Assembly (NCBI GenBank): GCA_036271555.1
Contig: DATBAK010000015.1
Span: forward strand, 1,011 to 65,010
From: Acidimicrobiia bacterium
GTDB lineage: Bacteria > Actinomycetota > Acidimicrobiia > IMCC26256 > PALSA-610
Direction of reading: 5' to 3'
Length of the DNA: 64,000 nt
Made by a program: the position numbers and the translations under genes. The notes below the pieces were generated by a model. The model was not told where the DNA came from. It ran no database searches and saw only the letters and a list, made by a program, of their open reading frames with translations. Position 1 is the first letter of the stretch; every line of letters starts with the position of its first letter. This document shows positions 9,786 to 20,330 of the stretch, in pieces.

Positions 9786-10666
9786 GGCGTCACCATCGTT
9801 CCCACTCCTTCACGCGTGAAGAGCTCCAGCAGCAGCGCGTGGGGCAGCCGCCCGTCGAGCACGTGGGCCCGTGCGACACCATCGCGCAACGCGGCGATGC
9901 ACGACTCGATCTTCGGGATCATCCCACTCGACACCGCGCCGCTCGCGAGCAACGCCTCGAGCCCCGCGAGGTCGACACGGGACACCAACGAGTCCTCGTC
10001 CGGCCAGCGCGCGTAGAGCCCCGCAACGTCGGTGAGGTACACGAGCTTCTCCGCACCGAGCGCAGCGGCGATCGCGGCCGCAACCGTGTCGGCGTTCACG
10101 TTGTACGCCTGACCCGCGTCGTCGACGCCGACCGTCGCGATCACCGGGATGAGCTCCTCCTTCAGGAGCCGCACGACGATCGACGGGTCGACCACGTCGA
10201 CCTCGCCGACGAAGCCGAGTGCGGGATCGCGAGGGATCACGCGCAGCAGTCCGGCGTCCTCACCGGAGAGGCCGACCGCGTACGGGCCGTGCCGGTTCAT
10301 CGCGGCGACGATCTCGCGGTTGACCTTGCCGACGAGGGCCATCCGCACGATGTCGACGGTCTCCGCGTCGGTCACCCTGCGGCCGTCGACGAACTCCGGC
10401 TCCTTGCCGAGCCGGCGCATGAGGTCGGTGATCTGCGGACCGCCACCGTGGACCACGACGGGCTGCATGCCGATGAGTCGCATGAGCACGACGTCGGCCG
10501 CGAACAGCGCCGCGAGCTCCGGGTTCTCCATGGCGTGCCCGCCGTACTTGACGACGATGATCCGCCCGGCGAACTCGCGGATGTACGGCAGCGCGTCGGC
10601 GAGGATCGCGGCCTTGGCCCCGGCGTCGGCAAGTCGTTCCTGGGCAACGCTTCGCGTCGCGCTCAC
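9782..10666 (-). CDS. argB: acetylglutamate kinase
   Basis: VVKYGG, VHGGGPQI, YNVNAD and GMIPK. Confidence 0.96.
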   Translation of the reverse strand: MSATRSVAQERLADAGAKAAILADALPYIREFAGRIIVVKYGGHAMENPELAALFAADVVLMRLIGMQPVVVHGGGPQITDLMRRLGKEPEFVDGRRVTDAETVDIVRMALVGKVNREIVAAMNRHGPYAVGLSGEDAGLLRVIPRDPALGFVGEVDVVDPSIVVRLLKEELIPVIATVGVDDAGQAYNVNADTVAAAIAAALGAEKLVYLTDVAGLYARWPDEDSLVSRVDLAGLEALLASGAVSSGMIPKIESCIAALRDGVARAHVLDGRLPHALLLELFTREGVGTMVTP

Positions 10667-11844
10667 GACGTCCTCATGTTCTCGGCGATGTACGCCGGCG
10701 ACAGGTCGGTGGTGAGGATCGTGGCCTCGCCGTGCCCGAGGTGCAGCTCGGAGTGGACGGTGACGTCGTGCGCTTCCATCGCTCCTGCGAGCTTCGCGAC
10801 GTCGTGCTCGCACGCGATGCCGTCGCGGCAGACGGTGACCTCGCCGTACGAGATGTCGACGCGCTCGGGATCGCAGTGCGCGCCGCTGGCTCCGATCTCC
10901 GACAGCACGCGACCCCAGTACGGATCGTTTCCGTGCAGTGAGCACTGGACGAGCTGCGACGCGGCAATCGCGCGCGCCGCGATCAGCGCGTCGGCGTCCG
11001 ATCGCGCGCCGGTCACGACGATGCGGACGAACTTGTTCGCGCCCTCGGCGTCGCGCGCCATCTGCTCCGCGAGCGACGAGCAGACCTCGGCCATCGCGTC
11101 GGTGAGCGCGCGCACGTCGTCGCGACTTTCGAGGGGCGCGCCGCCGGCCCGTCCCGACGCGAGCACCGCGACCGTGTCGTTCGTGCTCCGGCAGCCGTCG
11201 ACGCAGAGCCGGTCGAAGCTCAGCGCGACCGCATCGGCGAGCGCGCGCCGCAACACCGGCGGCTCGACCGGTGCGTCGGTCGTCAGCACCGCGAGCATCG
11301 TCGCCATCGCCGGCGACAGCATCGCCGCGCCCTTGGCCATACCGCCGACGGTGCCGCGCGCGAACGCGGCGACCGCTTCCTTGCGCACGGTGTCGGTCGT
11401 GAGCATCGCGGTCGCGGCCTGCGCGGCGCCCTCCGCGCCGGCGCGCAGCGCGCCCGCGACCTTCGGAACGCCGATCTCGACGACGTCCATCGGCATCGGG
11501 ATCCCGATGAGACCGGTCGAGCACACGAGCACGTCGCCCGTCGCGATCCCGAGCGCCTCGCCGGTGAGCTCGCACATGCGGCGCGCGTTGGCGCGGCCGG
11601 CCTCACCCGTGGCGGCGTTCGCGTTGCCGCTCGAGAGGATGATTGCGGCCGCACGGCCGTCGCTCAGGTGCTCACGCGAGACCTGTACCGGCGCCGCGCA
11701 CGCGAGGTTCGTGGTGAACACGGCCGCCGCGGCAACCGGCTCGTGATCGGCCGTCGCGACGATCGCGACGTCGGGCGCGCCGCTCTCCTTGATGCCGATC
11801 GCGCCACCACCGGCGACGAAGCCCTCGGCCGCGGTGATGCTCAC
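10663..11844 (-). CDS. argJ: glutamate N-acetyltransferase / ornithine acetyltransferase
   Basis: KGAAMLSPAMATML, STNDT, DAEGA and DPYWGR. Confidence 0.95.
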   Translation of the reverse strand: MSITAAEGFVAGGGAIGIKESGAPDVAIVATADHEPVAAAAVFTTNLACAAPVQVSREHLSDGRAAAIILSSGNANAATGEAGRANARRMCELTGEALGIATGDVLVCSTGLIGIPMPMDVVEIGVPKVAGALRAGAEGAAQAATAMLTTDTVRKEAVAAFARGTVGGMAKGAAMLSPAMATMLAVLTTDAPVEPPVLRRALADAVALSFDRLCVDGCRSTNDTVAVLASGRAGGAPLESRDDVRALTDAMAEVCSSLAEQMARDAEGANKFVRIVVTGARSDADALIAARAIAASQLVQCSLHGNDPYWGRVLSEIGASGAHCDPERVDISYGEVTVCRDGIACEHDVAKLAGAMEAHDVTVHSELHLGHGEATILTTDLSPAYIAENMRTS

Positions 11845-12878
11845 GGGAACAGTCCGACGGTCGGGAGGCCGAGCGTCTCCGGCAGGCCGAGCAGCAGGTT
11901 GGCGTTCTGGATCGCCTGGCCCGACGCGCCCTTCACGAGGTTGTCCTCCGCCGCGATGGCGACGACCGTGCCCGTGCGCTCGTCGAACCGCACGGTGACG
12001 TGCACCGAGTTCGAGCCGGTCGTCGCCTTCGTGTGCGGCGACTCGTCGACCACTTGCACGAACGGCTCCGACGCGTAGGCATCGCGGTAATGGTCGAGCA
12101 GCCGCGGCGTCGAGAGGCCGCCCTGCGCCGGGCGCGCGTAACAGGTTGCGAGAATGCCGCGCGTCATCGGGACGAGGTGCGGAGTGAACAGCAGCGAGAC
12201 CGGCGCACCGTGCGCGCGCGTCAGCGTCTCCTGCATCTCCGCGGTGTGGAAGTGGGTGAGGAGTCCGTACGCGGTGAAGTCCTCGTCGACCTCGCTGAAG
12301 AGGTTCGTCGCCTTCAGCTTGCGGCCCGCGCCGGACACACCCGATGCCGCGTCGGCGACGATGCCGTGCGGCTCCACCAACCCGCTCGCGAGCAGCGGCG
12401 CGAGCGCGAGGCTCACCGCGGTCGCGTAGCAACCGGGATTCGCCGCGTGCGCGCGGGTCGTGATCTCCGGCCGGTTCAGCTCGACGAGGCCGTACGCGAA
12501 CTCGTCGAGCAGCTCGGGTGCGGTGTGCGGTGAGCCGTGCCACTGCTCGTAGACCGCGGCCGGCACGCGGAAGTCGGCGCCGAGGTCGACGACGTGCGGC
12601 ACCTGCGCCAGCACCGCGGCCGCGACCCGCTGCGACTCACCGTGCGGCAGCGCGAGGAACACGACGTCGAGGCCCGCGAGGTCGACGGGCGCGAACGGCG
12701 CGAGCTCCAGGCCGCCGTAGGCCGCGGCCAGCGACGGGAACAGCTCGGTGACGGAACGACCGGCGTTCGAGTCGGCCGTGACGTGCACCGCGTCGATCTC
12801 GGGGTGGCCGACGAGCAGCCGCAGCAACTCGACCCCGGTGTAGCCCGAGGCCCCGACGACCCCCGCTCTATACGCCAT
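11841..12878 (-). CDS. argC: N-acetyl-gamma-glutamyl-phosphate reductase
   Basis: GASGYTG, ANPGCY, SGVSGAG and DNLVKGASGQA. Confidence 0.96.
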   Translation of the reverse strand: MAYRAGVVGASGYTGVELLRLLVGHPEIDAVHVTADSNAGRSVTELFPSLAAAYGGLELAPFAPVDLAGLDVVFLALPHGESQRVAAAVLAQVPHVVDLGADFRVPAAVYEQWHGSPHTAPELLDEFAYGLVELNRPEITTRAHAANPGCYATAVSLALAPLLASGLVEPHGIVADAASGVSGAGRKLKATNLFSEVDEDFTAYGLLTHFHTAEMQETLTRAHGAPVSLLFTPHLVPMTRGILATCYARPAQGGLSTPRLLDHYRDAYASEPFVQVVDESPHTKATTGSNSVHVTVRFDERTGTVVAIAAEDNLVKGASGQAIQNANLLLGLPETLGLPTVGLFP

Positions 12879-12910
12879 GCTGCATATCATACAGTCGAGC
12901 GCATAGGAGC
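12879..12910 (-). promoter_or_regulatory. leaderless-type -10 box of argC overlapped by an ARG-box-like palindrome
   Basis: TATGAT-N7-ATG. CTGTATGATATGCAG is an imperfect palindrome one base shorter than the ArgR consensus; this is an AT-rich patch in a GC-rich window. Confidence 0.55.
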
Positions 12911-12944
12911 GCCATCAGTGCCGCCGGGTGCGAGGGTTGGTGCG

Positions 12945-13355
12945 ATGAACGATTCGAGCCCGCCGCATCGCGCGTTCGCCGAGCTCGCGGCCGGGATGCC
13001 GTTGCCGACGTTGGCGCTCGCCGTCTCGGCGGCCGCCAACGACCGCTACTGGGACGGTGCCGGCGTCGAGCATCCACTGCGGACCGCGGGCGCGCTCTAC
13101 CCGCTGATCGCGGCGAACCTCACCGTGCTCGCGTTCGGCGGGCTCTGTGCCGATCCCGTCATCCAGGCGCGCCAGCGGCTCGTGTGCCACCGCCGCGCCG
13201 ACGCGCCTGCGACCTTGCACACCACCGGCGTGATCGCGGAGCGCTACGAACGCCGAGGCCGCGACTACGTCGTCGTGGACGCCACCGTCGCGCTCGACGA
13301 CGGCGAACCGCTGTGGACGTCGAGCGTCGTGTTCACGCCGGCGGCCACGCTGTGA
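12945..13355 (+). CDS. hotdog-fold / MaoC-like protein
   Basis: C-terminal YERRGRDYVVV pattern typical of MaoC-like proteins; coupled to the next gene. Confidence 0.6.
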   Translation: MNDSSPPHRAFAELAAGMPLPTLALAVSAAANDRYWDGAGVEHPLRTAGALYPLIAANLTVLAFGGLCADPVIQARQRLVCHRRADAPATLHTTGVIAERYERRGRDYVVVDATVALDDGEPLWTSSVVFTPAATL

Positions 13356-13699
13356 GTCGTGTCGCGCGGCGCACGCTCGTCATCACCGAGGAGCTGATCC
13401 GCCGCTACTCGCGCCGCGGCAACTACCACAGCGAGGCGGGCACCGCGGCCGAGCTCGGGCTCCCGGGGCTCGTCGCGCAGGGCACGCAGGTGACGGGTCC
13501 CGCGTACGGTCTGCTGCTCGACGAGTGGGGCGAGGACTTCCTCGCGCACGGCTCGCTCGACGTGAAGTTCGTCGGCGTCACGCTCGCCGACGACACCGTC
13601 ACCGCGGTCGTGACCACCGACGGCGACGCCGCGACGATCGAGGTCCGCAACGCCACCCGCGCCGCTCCCGCCGTCGCCGGGGACGCTCGCCGTTCTTAG
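13352..13699 (+). CDS. MaoC family dehydratase-like protein
   Basis: NYHSE..AAELGLPGLVAQG and LDVKFV; GTGA overlap with the previous gene. Confidence 0.7.
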   Translation: MSRVARRTLVITEELIRRYSRRGNYHSEAGTAAELGLPGLVAQGTQVTGPAYGLLLDEWGEDFLAHGSLDVKFVGVTLADDTVTAVVTTDGDAATIEVRNATRAAPAVAGDARRS

Positions 13700-13745
13700 T
13701 GGTACTGCGTTGCCGGCATATCGCCGGGCAACGCAGTACCACTGA
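13688..13745 (+). repeat. hairpin / MITE-like element, copy 1
   Basis: 17-bp inverted repeat AGTGGTACTGCGTTGCC/GGCAACGCAGTACCACT; near-identical copy at 26332-26389(-). Confidence 0.85.
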
Positions 13746-13751
13746 CGCGCG

Positions 13752-14168
13752 TTAGGCGGGCATCCGCGCTTCGAGGGCGGCGCGCACGGGGTCGGGGATC
13801 GGGAACGGCTCGTTGAGGCCCGGCCGCACCGCGCAGTAGGTGATCGTGGCGCGGCAGACGTCGCGACCGTCGACCGACGCGCGGTACGAGACGTCGAACG
13901 ACTTCGTACCGAGCCGCGCCGGCACGACCTCGACGTCGATCCAGTCGTCGAAGCCCGCGGGCCCGAGCCATTCGACGACGGCCTTCACGAGCATGACGTC
14001 GAACTCCTTGATCCAGAAGTTCGGGCCGAACCCGAGGCCCGACATGAAGCGAGTGCACGAGTCGTCGAAGTACGTGAGCCAGTGCGCATTGAAGACGACG
14101 CCCTGACCGTCGACCTCGGCGTAGCGGACGCGGATGCGGTGGACGAACGCTTCGATCGCGGCGCTCAC
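13752..14168 (-). CDS. acyl-CoA thioesterase (YbgC/FadM family)
   Basis: RVRYAEVDGQGVVFNAHWLTYFD motif. Confidence 0.9.
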   Translation of the reverse strand: MSAAIEAFVHRIRVRYAEVDGQGVVFNAHWLTYFDDSCTRFMSGLGFGPNFWIKEFDVMLVKAVVEWLGPAGFDDWIDVEVVPARLGTKSFDVSYRASVDGRDVCRATITYCAVRPGLNEPFPIPDPVRAALEARMPA

Positions 14169-14275
14169 GTTTCCCGCTCTCGGCGCCTCCGGCGCCGAGC
14201 CGCTCGGGCCCCGCTCGCTCGGCCGACGTCACCGCCGCGGTACGAGCTGCACGAGCAGCACGATCGCGAGCTCAC
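14165..14275 (-). other. putative relay mini-ORF (36 aa) between pheT and the thioesterase
   Basis: GTG overlaps the pheT stop (GTGA); open for 36 codons; TGA overlaps the thioesterase GTG (GTGA); contains the hairpin CTCGGCGCC-GGA-GGCGCCGAG. Confidence 0.5.
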
Positions 14276-16653
14276 CCGCGCAGCTCGGCGCCGTGCGCGC
14301 CGACGACCGCGTCGATCGCGGCCTGGCGCGCGGTCGCGACCTCGGCGTCGGTGAGCGTGCGGTCGGGCGAGCGGAACCGCAGTGCGAACGCGAGGCTCAC
14401 GCGGCCCGCGCCGATCGCGTCGGAACGGAACGCGTCGAACACCGAAACGCTCTCGAGCAGCTCACCGCCGGCCGCGCGCAACGTCGCGAGCACCTCCGCC
14501 GCGGGTACCGACTCGGGGAGGACGAACGCGAGGTCGACCCCCGCGCTCTGGAAGCGCGACACCGGACGGGCGATCGGCTCGCGCCGGCGCGCGCCGAGCA
14601 GCGACGCGAGGTCGAGCTCGATCCCGATCGCGGCGGGCACGCCGAAGTACGCGGCCGCGTCAGCAGCGACCGCACCGACACTCCCGGCCTCGACACCGTC
14701 GACCACGACGCGCGCGCTCCGCGCCCGATCGAAACCGGCGCCGCCGCCGGCGACGAGCCGGAGGTCGGCGATCCGCAACGCGTCGGCGACCGCTTCGAGC
14801 CACGCCACCGCGTCGGCGGGCTCGAGGTCCCGGTCGGGTGCGAAGGGGCGCTCGCGCACCCTGCCGGTCGCGGCGACACCGAGCCGGTCGCGTTCGTCCG
14901 GAAGGAGCGCGCCGTCGCCGGGCGCGCCGAACACGACACCGAGCTCGAACAGCGCGGCGTCGGCGTTGGAGCGCGCGACGTTCGTACCCAGCGCCGCGAG
15001 CAGGCCGGGCAGCAGCGCGGGCCGCAGCACCGACTCCTCGGCGCGCAGCGGGTTCTCCAGCTCGACCAGCTCGGTGGCGGAGAATCCCGCGCCCTGCAAG
15101 TCGGCGGGCGCGACGAGCGGCAGCGTGAAGGCCTCGCACAGACCCGCGCCGACGAGCACGTCGGCGACGAGGCGCCGCTCGTGCTGCGCGCGGGTGAGCC
15201 GGCCCACCGTGGGGCTCGTCGGCACTGTGCGCACGATGTTGTTGAGCCCGAAGCGGCGACCGACCTCCTCGATGATGTCGATCTCGCGCTCGAGGTCGGG
15301 GCGATCGGTCGGCGCGACCGCGACGAACGTGTCGTCCGCCGGCTCGATGTCGATGGCGAGCGGCCGCAACAGATCGTGCATGACCGTGGGCGCGAGGTCG
15401 GTGCCGAGGATCGCGTTGACACGCGCGGCGCGAACCGTGATCCGCGGCCGCTCGATCGGCGTCGGGTAGCGATCGATGACGCCCACGACGGCGTGCGCGC
15501 TCGCGACCTCCTCCAGGAGCTCGATCGCACGCGCCGCGCCCGACGCGCAGCCGTTGGGATCGATGCCCCGCTCGAATCGCGCGCTCGCCTCCGATCGCAG
15601 ACCGAGCCGCTTCGCGCTCGCGGAGATTCCGGACGGCGCGAAGTAGGCGGACTCGATGAGGATCTCGCGCGTCGAGTCGTCGACCTCGGAGTCGCGACCG
15701 CCCATGATCCCGGCGATCGCCTGTGGCGCGCGCTCGGCATCGCAGATCAAGAGATCGTCGGGATGGAGCGTGCGCTCGACGCCATCGAGCGTCGTCATCC
15801 GCTCCCCCGCCTTCGCGAGGCGAACGAGCAGACCCCCGCCCGCGAGGCGACCGAGATCGAACGCGTGCAGCGGCCGGCAGCGCTCGAGCATCACGTAGTT
15901 CGTGACGTCGACGACGGTGCTGATCGGCCGCATCCCTGCGAGCCGCAAACGTCGCTGCATCCACGCCGGCGATTCCCCCATCGTCACCGTCGCGCGCCGC
16001 ACGACGAGGCGCGGGCAGCGATCGGCGGCTTCGACGACCGCGGTCGCTCCGTCGAGCGACTCGACCGCGTCGACGTCGGCGAACGCGGGCGCGGTGAACG
16101 GCAGCCCGAAATGCGCGGCGAGGTCGCGGGCGATGCCGACGATGCCCATCGCGTCGGGGCGGTTCGGCGTGATCTTGAGGTCGAACACGACGTCGTCGAG
16201 GCCGAGTGCTTCGCGCACGTCGGTGCCGAGCGGCGCGTCAGCGTCGATCGCGAGGATGCCCGCGTGGTCGTCGCCGAGGCCGAGCTCGCGCGCCGAGCAG
16301 AGCATCCCTTCCGACACCTCGCCGCGGATCTTGCGCCGCGTGAGCTCGATGCCGCCCGGCAGCGTGCCGCCGACGGTCGCGAGCGGCACGGTCATGCCCG
16401 CTTCGATGTTCGGCGCGCCACACACGACGCGCACGACGCCGTCGCCGGTGTCGACGTCGGCGAGGCGAAGCTTGTCGGCGTTCGGGTGGTCGAGCACCTC
16501 GACGATGCGCGCCACGATCACGCCGCCGATCTCGGCGCCGGGCGCGTCCATCTCCTCGACTTCGAGCCCGAGGTTGTCGAGCGCTTCCGCGATGACGCTC
16601 GCCGGCTCGGCGACCGGCGTGAACTCGCGGATCCAGGACAGGGGTGCGCGCAT
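14272..16653 (-). CDS. pheT: phenylalanine--tRNA ligase beta subunit
   Basis: HPNADKL, VVCGAPN, SEGMLCS, ITPNRPD and RFERG; C-terminal FDX-ACB-like domain. Confidence 0.97.
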   Translation of the reverse strand: MRAPLSWIREFTPVAEPASVIAEALDNLGLEVEEMDAPGAEIGGVIVARIVEVLDHPNADKLRLADVDTGDGVVRVVCGAPNIEAGMTVPLATVGGTLPGGIELTRRKIRGEVSEGMLCSARELGLGDDHAGILAIDADAPLGTDVREALGLDDVVFDLKITPNRPDAMGIVGIARDLAAHFGLPFTAPAFADVDAVESLDGATAVVEAADRCPRLVVRRATVTMGESPAWMQRRLRLAGMRPISTVVDVTNYVMLERCRPLHAFDLGRLAGGGLLVRLAKAGERMTTLDGVERTLHPDDLLICDAERAPQAIAGIMGGRDSEVDDSTREILIESAYFAPSGISASAKRLGLRSEASARFERGIDPNGCASGAARAIELLEEVASAHAVVGVIDRYPTPIERPRITVRAARVNAILGTDLAPTVMHDLLRPLAIDIEPADDTFVAVAPTDRPDLEREIDIIEEVGRRFGLNNIVRTVPTSPTVGRLTRAQHERRLVADVLVGAGLCEAFTLPLVAPADLQGAGFSATELVELENPLRAEESVLRPALLPGLLAALGTNVARSNADAALFELGVVFGAPGDGALLPDERDRLGVAATGRVRERPFAPDRDLEPADAVAWLEAVADALRIADLRLVAGGGAGFDRARSARVVVDGVEAGSVGAVAADAAAYFGVPAAIGIELDLASLLGARRREPIARPVSRFQSAGVDLAFVLPESVPAAEVLATLRAAGGELLESVSVFDAFRSDAIGAGRVSLAFALRFRSPDRTLTDAEVATARQAAIDAVVGAHGAELRG

Positions 16654-16668
16654 CGGGCTCAGCTCACC

Positions 16669-17721
16669 TCAGAACTGCGTCAGGAAGCGGACGTCGTTCT
16701 CCCAGAGCAGCGTCTGGATGTTGTCGATCTCGTGCCGCATCATCGCGATGCGGTCGATGCCGAAGCCGAACGCGAAGCCCGAGTACTCCTCGGGATCGAC
16801 ACCGACGTTCACGAGCACGTTGGGGTCGACGACACCGCAGCCGCCGAGCTCGATCCATCCGGTGTGCGAGCACACGCGGCAACCGGTCGTGCAGAACGGG
16901 CACGAGAACGACAGCTCGGCCGACGGCTCCGTGAACGGGAAGAACGACGGCAGGAATCGCGTGCGCACATCGTCGCCGAACAGCGCGCGGATGAACGTCT
17001 CGATCGTGCCCATGAGGTCGCCCATCGTGATGCCGCGGTCGACGACGAGCGCCTCGATCTGGTGGAAGACCGGCGAATGGCGCGCGTCGGCGGTGTCGCG
17101 GCGGTAGGTACGACCGAGGATGACCGAGTAGATCGGCAGCGGCTGCGTCTCCATCAGCCGGATCTGCATCGGCGACGTGTGCGTGCGCAGCATCACCTGC
17201 TCGGCTTCGCCGAGCTTCACGTACAACGTGTCCTGCATCGCGCGCGCGGGATGGCCGGGCGGGAAGTTCAGCGCCTCGAAGTTGTGCCAGTCGTCCTCGA
17301 CCTCGGGTCCGCTGAACACGTGGTAGCCGAGGCCGACGAAGATGTCTTCGAGCTCGCGCCAGACCTGGGTGACCAGGTGGAGGTGTCCGCGGCGGTAGCC
17401 GCGGCCTCCGAGCGTGAGGTCGATCGCGGGACCGCTCGGCGCGCCCGCGCCTCCTGCGGCGAGCGCCTCGCGTCGCGCCGCGATCGCGGCCTTGATCGCC
17501 TGCTGCGCGTCGTTCACCGCGCGGCCGATGACCTTGCGCTCGTCGACCGGCGCGGTCTTGATCGCCTCGCGCACGTCGAGCAGCGCGGCGCGCTTGCCGA
17601 GGTACAGGCGCTCGATCTCGTCGAGCTGCGCGAGATCGACGGTGTCGTTCGCGGCGGCCACACCGTCGCGTCCGATCACCGTGGCGCGCTCGGAGAGCGA
17701 TCCCGATTCCACCGCCGTCAC
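16669..17721 (-). CDS. pheS: phenylalanine--tRNA ligase alpha subunit
   Basis: HPARAMQDT, LRTHTSP, FPFTEPS and GFAFGFG. Confidence 0.97.
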   Translation of the reverse strand: MTAVESGSLSERATVIGRDGVAAANDTVDLAQLDEIERLYLGKRAALLDVREAIKTAPVDERKVIGRAVNDAQQAIKAAIAARREALAAGGAGAPSGPAIDLTLGGRGYRRGHLHLVTQVWRELEDIFVGLGYHVFSGPEVEDDWHNFEALNFPPGHPARAMQDTLYVKLGEAEQVMLRTHTSPMQIRLMETQPLPIYSVILGRTYRRDTADARHSPVFHQIEALVVDRGITMGDLMGTIETFIRALFGDDVRTRFLPSFFPFTEPSAELSFSCPFCTTGCRVCSHTGWIELGGCGVVDPNVLVNVGVDPEEYSGFAFGFGIDRIAMMRHEIDNIQTLLWENDVRFLTQF

Positions 17722-18506
17722 GCCTGCGCCTCGTCGAGACCGCGCTGGCGCTGCGCCTCGAAACAGAGGACGGTCGCCGCCATCGCCAGGTTCAGCGATT
17801 CGGTACCGGGTGCCATCGGGATCGTGACGGTGTCGTCGACCGGCAGGCTCCCGAGCCCCTCGACCTCGTGCCCGACCACGATCGCCACGGGTCCGGTGAG
17901 ATCCATCGCATCGAGCGGGGTGCCGCCGTGCGCGTTCGCCGCGATGCGGCGCAGCCCGCGCCCGCCGAGGCGATCGAGAACCTCGGGCGTCGAGCGGCCT
18001 TCGACGACGGGGACCACGAAGAGGGCACCCGCCGTTGCTCGCACCACCTTCGGATTGTAGGCGTCGACCGATCCCACACCGAGGGTGATCGCGCCCGCAC
18101 CCGATGCCGCGGCGCTGCGCACGAGCGTCCCCGCGTTGCCCGGATCCGACACGCGATCGGCGACGAGCACGAAGGTCGCGCGGTCGAGCGCGTCGACCGG
18201 CGCGCGCCGCAGCGGCGCGAGCGCGAACACACCCTGCGGGGTCACGGTGTCGCCGATGCGATCCTCGACGCCGACTGCGAGCTCGCGCACCGTGATGCCG
18301 CGCGCCTCCGCGCGCACGACGACCTCGTGACCGCGCGCCGCCGCCGACGCGTACACCGTCGTGAGCGCGACGTCGTGATCGAGCGCGGCCGCGAGGACGC
18401 GCGGACCTTCGATCACGAACTCGCGGCACACCTCACGTTCGTGGCGCGAACGCAGGAGCTTCCGCAGTGCTCGAACCTCGGCATGGCTCGCGCCGAGCGG
18501 GCTCAA
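17718..18506 (-). CDS. TrmH/SpoU family RNA methyltransferase
   Basis: [19 protein letters not shown] and ESLNLA; TTG start overlaps the rplT stop. Confidence 0.92.
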   Translation of the reverse strand: MSPLGASHAEVRALRKLLRSRHEREVCREFVIEGPRVLAAALDHDVALTTVYASAAARGHEVVVRAEARGITVRELAVGVEDRIGDTVTPQGVFALAPLRRAPVDALDRATFVLVADRVSDPGNAGTLVRSAAASGAGAITLGVGSVDAYNPKVVRATAGALFVVPVVEGRSTPEVLDRLGGRGLRRIAANAHGGTPLDAMDLTGPVAIVVGHEVEGLGSLPVDDTVTIPMAPGTESLNLAMAATVLCFEAQRQRGLDEAQA

Positions 18507-18865
18507 GCCGCGTCGAGCGCCTCGCGTGCGGTCGAGACGAGGGCGCCGAAGGTCACGGGCTCGCGCACGGCGAGGTCGGCGAGCACCTTGCGGTCGACGT
18601 CGACGTCGGCGGCCTTCAGACCGGCGATGAAGCGCGAGTACGAGATGTCGTTCTCGCGGCACGCGGCGTTGATCCGCACGATCCAGAGCCGGCGGAACTC
18701 GCCCTTGCGCGCCCGCCGGTCGCGGTACGCGTACCGCAGCGAGTGCATCACCTGCTCGTTCGCGGTGCGCAGGTGACGGCTACGGGCGCCGGTGTAGCCC
18801 TTCGCCGCCTCGAGAGTCTTGCGGCGACTCTTCTTGCCGTTGACGGAACGCTTCACGCGGGCCAT
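18503..18865 (-). CDS. rplT: 50S ribosomal protein L20
   Basis: MARVKR, AYRDRR, FRRLWI and DRKVLADLA. Confidence 0.98.
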   Translation of the reverse strand: MARVKRSVNGKKSRRKTLEAAKGYTGARSRHLRTANEQVMHSLRYAYRDRRARKGEFRRLWIVRINAACRENDISYSRFIAGLKAADVDVDRKVLADLAVREPVTFGALVSTAREALDAA

Positions 18866-18874
18866 GACTGTCTC

Positions 18875-19069
18875 CTACCGTCCCAGCATCTTCTTGACGT
18901 GCCGCGCGTCGCCGCCGGTCACCTCGGCCAGACGGCCGAGCCTGCGGGTCCGCTTCGTCGGCTTGTGCTCGAGCAGGTGGTCACGGAACGCCTTGCGACG
19001 CCGGATCTTGCCGGTGCCGGTCACCGTGAAGCGCTTGGCGGCGCCGCGGTGCGTCTTCATCTTGGGCAT
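18875..19069 (-). CDS. rpmI: 50S ribosomal protein L35
   Basis: [14 protein letters not shown]. Confidence 0.98.
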   Translation of the reverse strand: MPKMKTHRGAAKRFTVTGTGKIRRRKAFRDHLLEHKPTKRTRRLGRLAEVTGGDARHVKKMLGR

Positions 19070-19130
19070 GGTCGTCTCTCTCGCGTTCGGCGCCGTCGAG
19101 CGGTCGCCGGGGTCACCGGATCGGGGTGGG

Positions 19131-19700
19131 TCAGGCGCTCTCGGCGGCCGCCGCGGGTTCCGCCTTCGCCTTGGTGGGCTTGGCGGGCTTGCGCAGCGGG
19201 TTGAGCACCATCGTCATGTTGCGGCCGTCCTGTCGGGGCGCCGACTCGATCGTCGCGAACTCGGTCACCATCTCCGCGACCCGCTCGAGGATCTTGCGCC
19301 CGATCTCCGGGTGCGCCATCTCGCGGCCCCGGAACATGATCGTGAGCTTGACCTTCGAACCCTCGCCGAGAAAGCGCTCGACGTGCTTCATCTTGGTCTC
19401 GAAGTCGTGGCCGTCGATCTTCGGCCGGAACTTCATCTCCTTGATGACGACGTTCGTCGCCCGCTTGCGCGATTCCTTGCGCCGCTGGTCCTGCTCGTAC
19501 TTGAACTTGCCGAAGTCCATGAGCCGGCACACCGGAGGATCGGCGTTGGCGGCAACCTCGACGAGATCGAAGCCCTGCTCTCGAGCCATCGAGAGCGCTT
19601 CGGGCAGGGGTTTCACGCCGTACTGCTCGCCGGTGGCCCCGATGAGGCGGACCTGGCGGGCACGGATACGGTCGTTGATGCGGGCGTCGTCTGCGGCCAG
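19131..19700 (-). CDS. infC: translation initiation factor IF-3, probable non-canonical CTG start
   Basis: [22 protein letters not shown] and IMFRGRE; GAGGAG SD lies upstream of an in-frame CTG and no canonical in-frame start is nearby. Confidence 0.93.
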   Translation of the reverse strand: MAADDARINDRIRARQVRLIGATGEQYGVKPLPEALSMAREQGFDLVEVAANADPPVCRLMDFGKFKYEQDQRRKESRKRATNVVIKEMKFRPKIDGHDFETKMKHVERFLGEGSKVKLTIMFRGREMAHPEIGRKILERVAEMVTEFATIESAPRQDGRNMTMVLNPLRKPAKPTKAKAEPAAAAESA

Positions 19701-19714
19701 AGTGGCATCTCCTC

Positions 19715-19905
19715 TTGTCGTTCGACCCGACGCGAACGGCGACGGGCTCGAGGAAGCCCGCCGCCGGGACCGCGCACCGGCGCGGCATCGGAACCGGACC
19801 CGGACACAGGCGAGGTCACCAGCAGGTGACATCGATCCGGCCGGGTGGGGATCCGGAGATGACGCTTCCGGTTCCCGCTTCCCATTCAATTTCCCTGGAA
19901 GGATA
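19715..19905 (-). promoter_or_regulatory. structured infC-rpmI-rplT leader (candidate L20-responsive leader) and -10 TATCCT
   Basis: About 190-nt non-coding leader with hairpins (CCGGA..TCCGG, GTCACC..GGTGAC); position is typical of L20 leaders; not confirmed with a covariance model. Confidence 0.4.
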
Positions 19906-19910
19906 CCAGC

Positions 19911-20330
19911 GTGAGCAGCATCTGGACCCCCTCCGGTGAGTACGAGCCCCACGGGGAGGACGACGGACCGCCCGCCGGCGGCGACATCTCGTCGGATCCC
20001 GCGCTCGCGGAGGGACCCGAGATCAGCGACGAGGAGCTCGACGCGCTGCGACGCGTGCACGAGCAGCTGCGGGCGACACCGGCCATCGACGTGGTGGCCA
20101 ACCACGTGGTGCAGCTCTTCCAGCTCGCGCTCGTCTACCTCGGCGCGGGCGGCGCGTCCACCGGTGGCGAGGAGCCGTTCGCCGACCTCGTGCAGGCGTC
20201 GGTCGTCATCGACACGATGGCCGCGATCGTCGACGGCCTCGGCGCCCGGCTCGCGGAGCACGAGCAGACGCTGCGGGACGCGCTGAGTCAGCTCCAGATG
20301 CTGTGGGTCGAGATCGCCGATCAGTCTTGA
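19911..20330 (+). CDS. DUF1844-like protein
   Basis: SSIWTP N-terminus and LRDALSQLQMLWV C-terminus; divergent from infC as in other actinobacteria. Confidence 0.75.
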   Translation: MSSIWTPSGEYEPHGEDDGPPAGGDISSDPALAEGPEISDEELDALRRVHEQLRATPAIDVVANHVVQLFQLALVYLGAGGASTGGEEPFADLVQASVVIDTMAAIVDGLGARLAEHEQTLRDALSQLQMLWVEIADQS

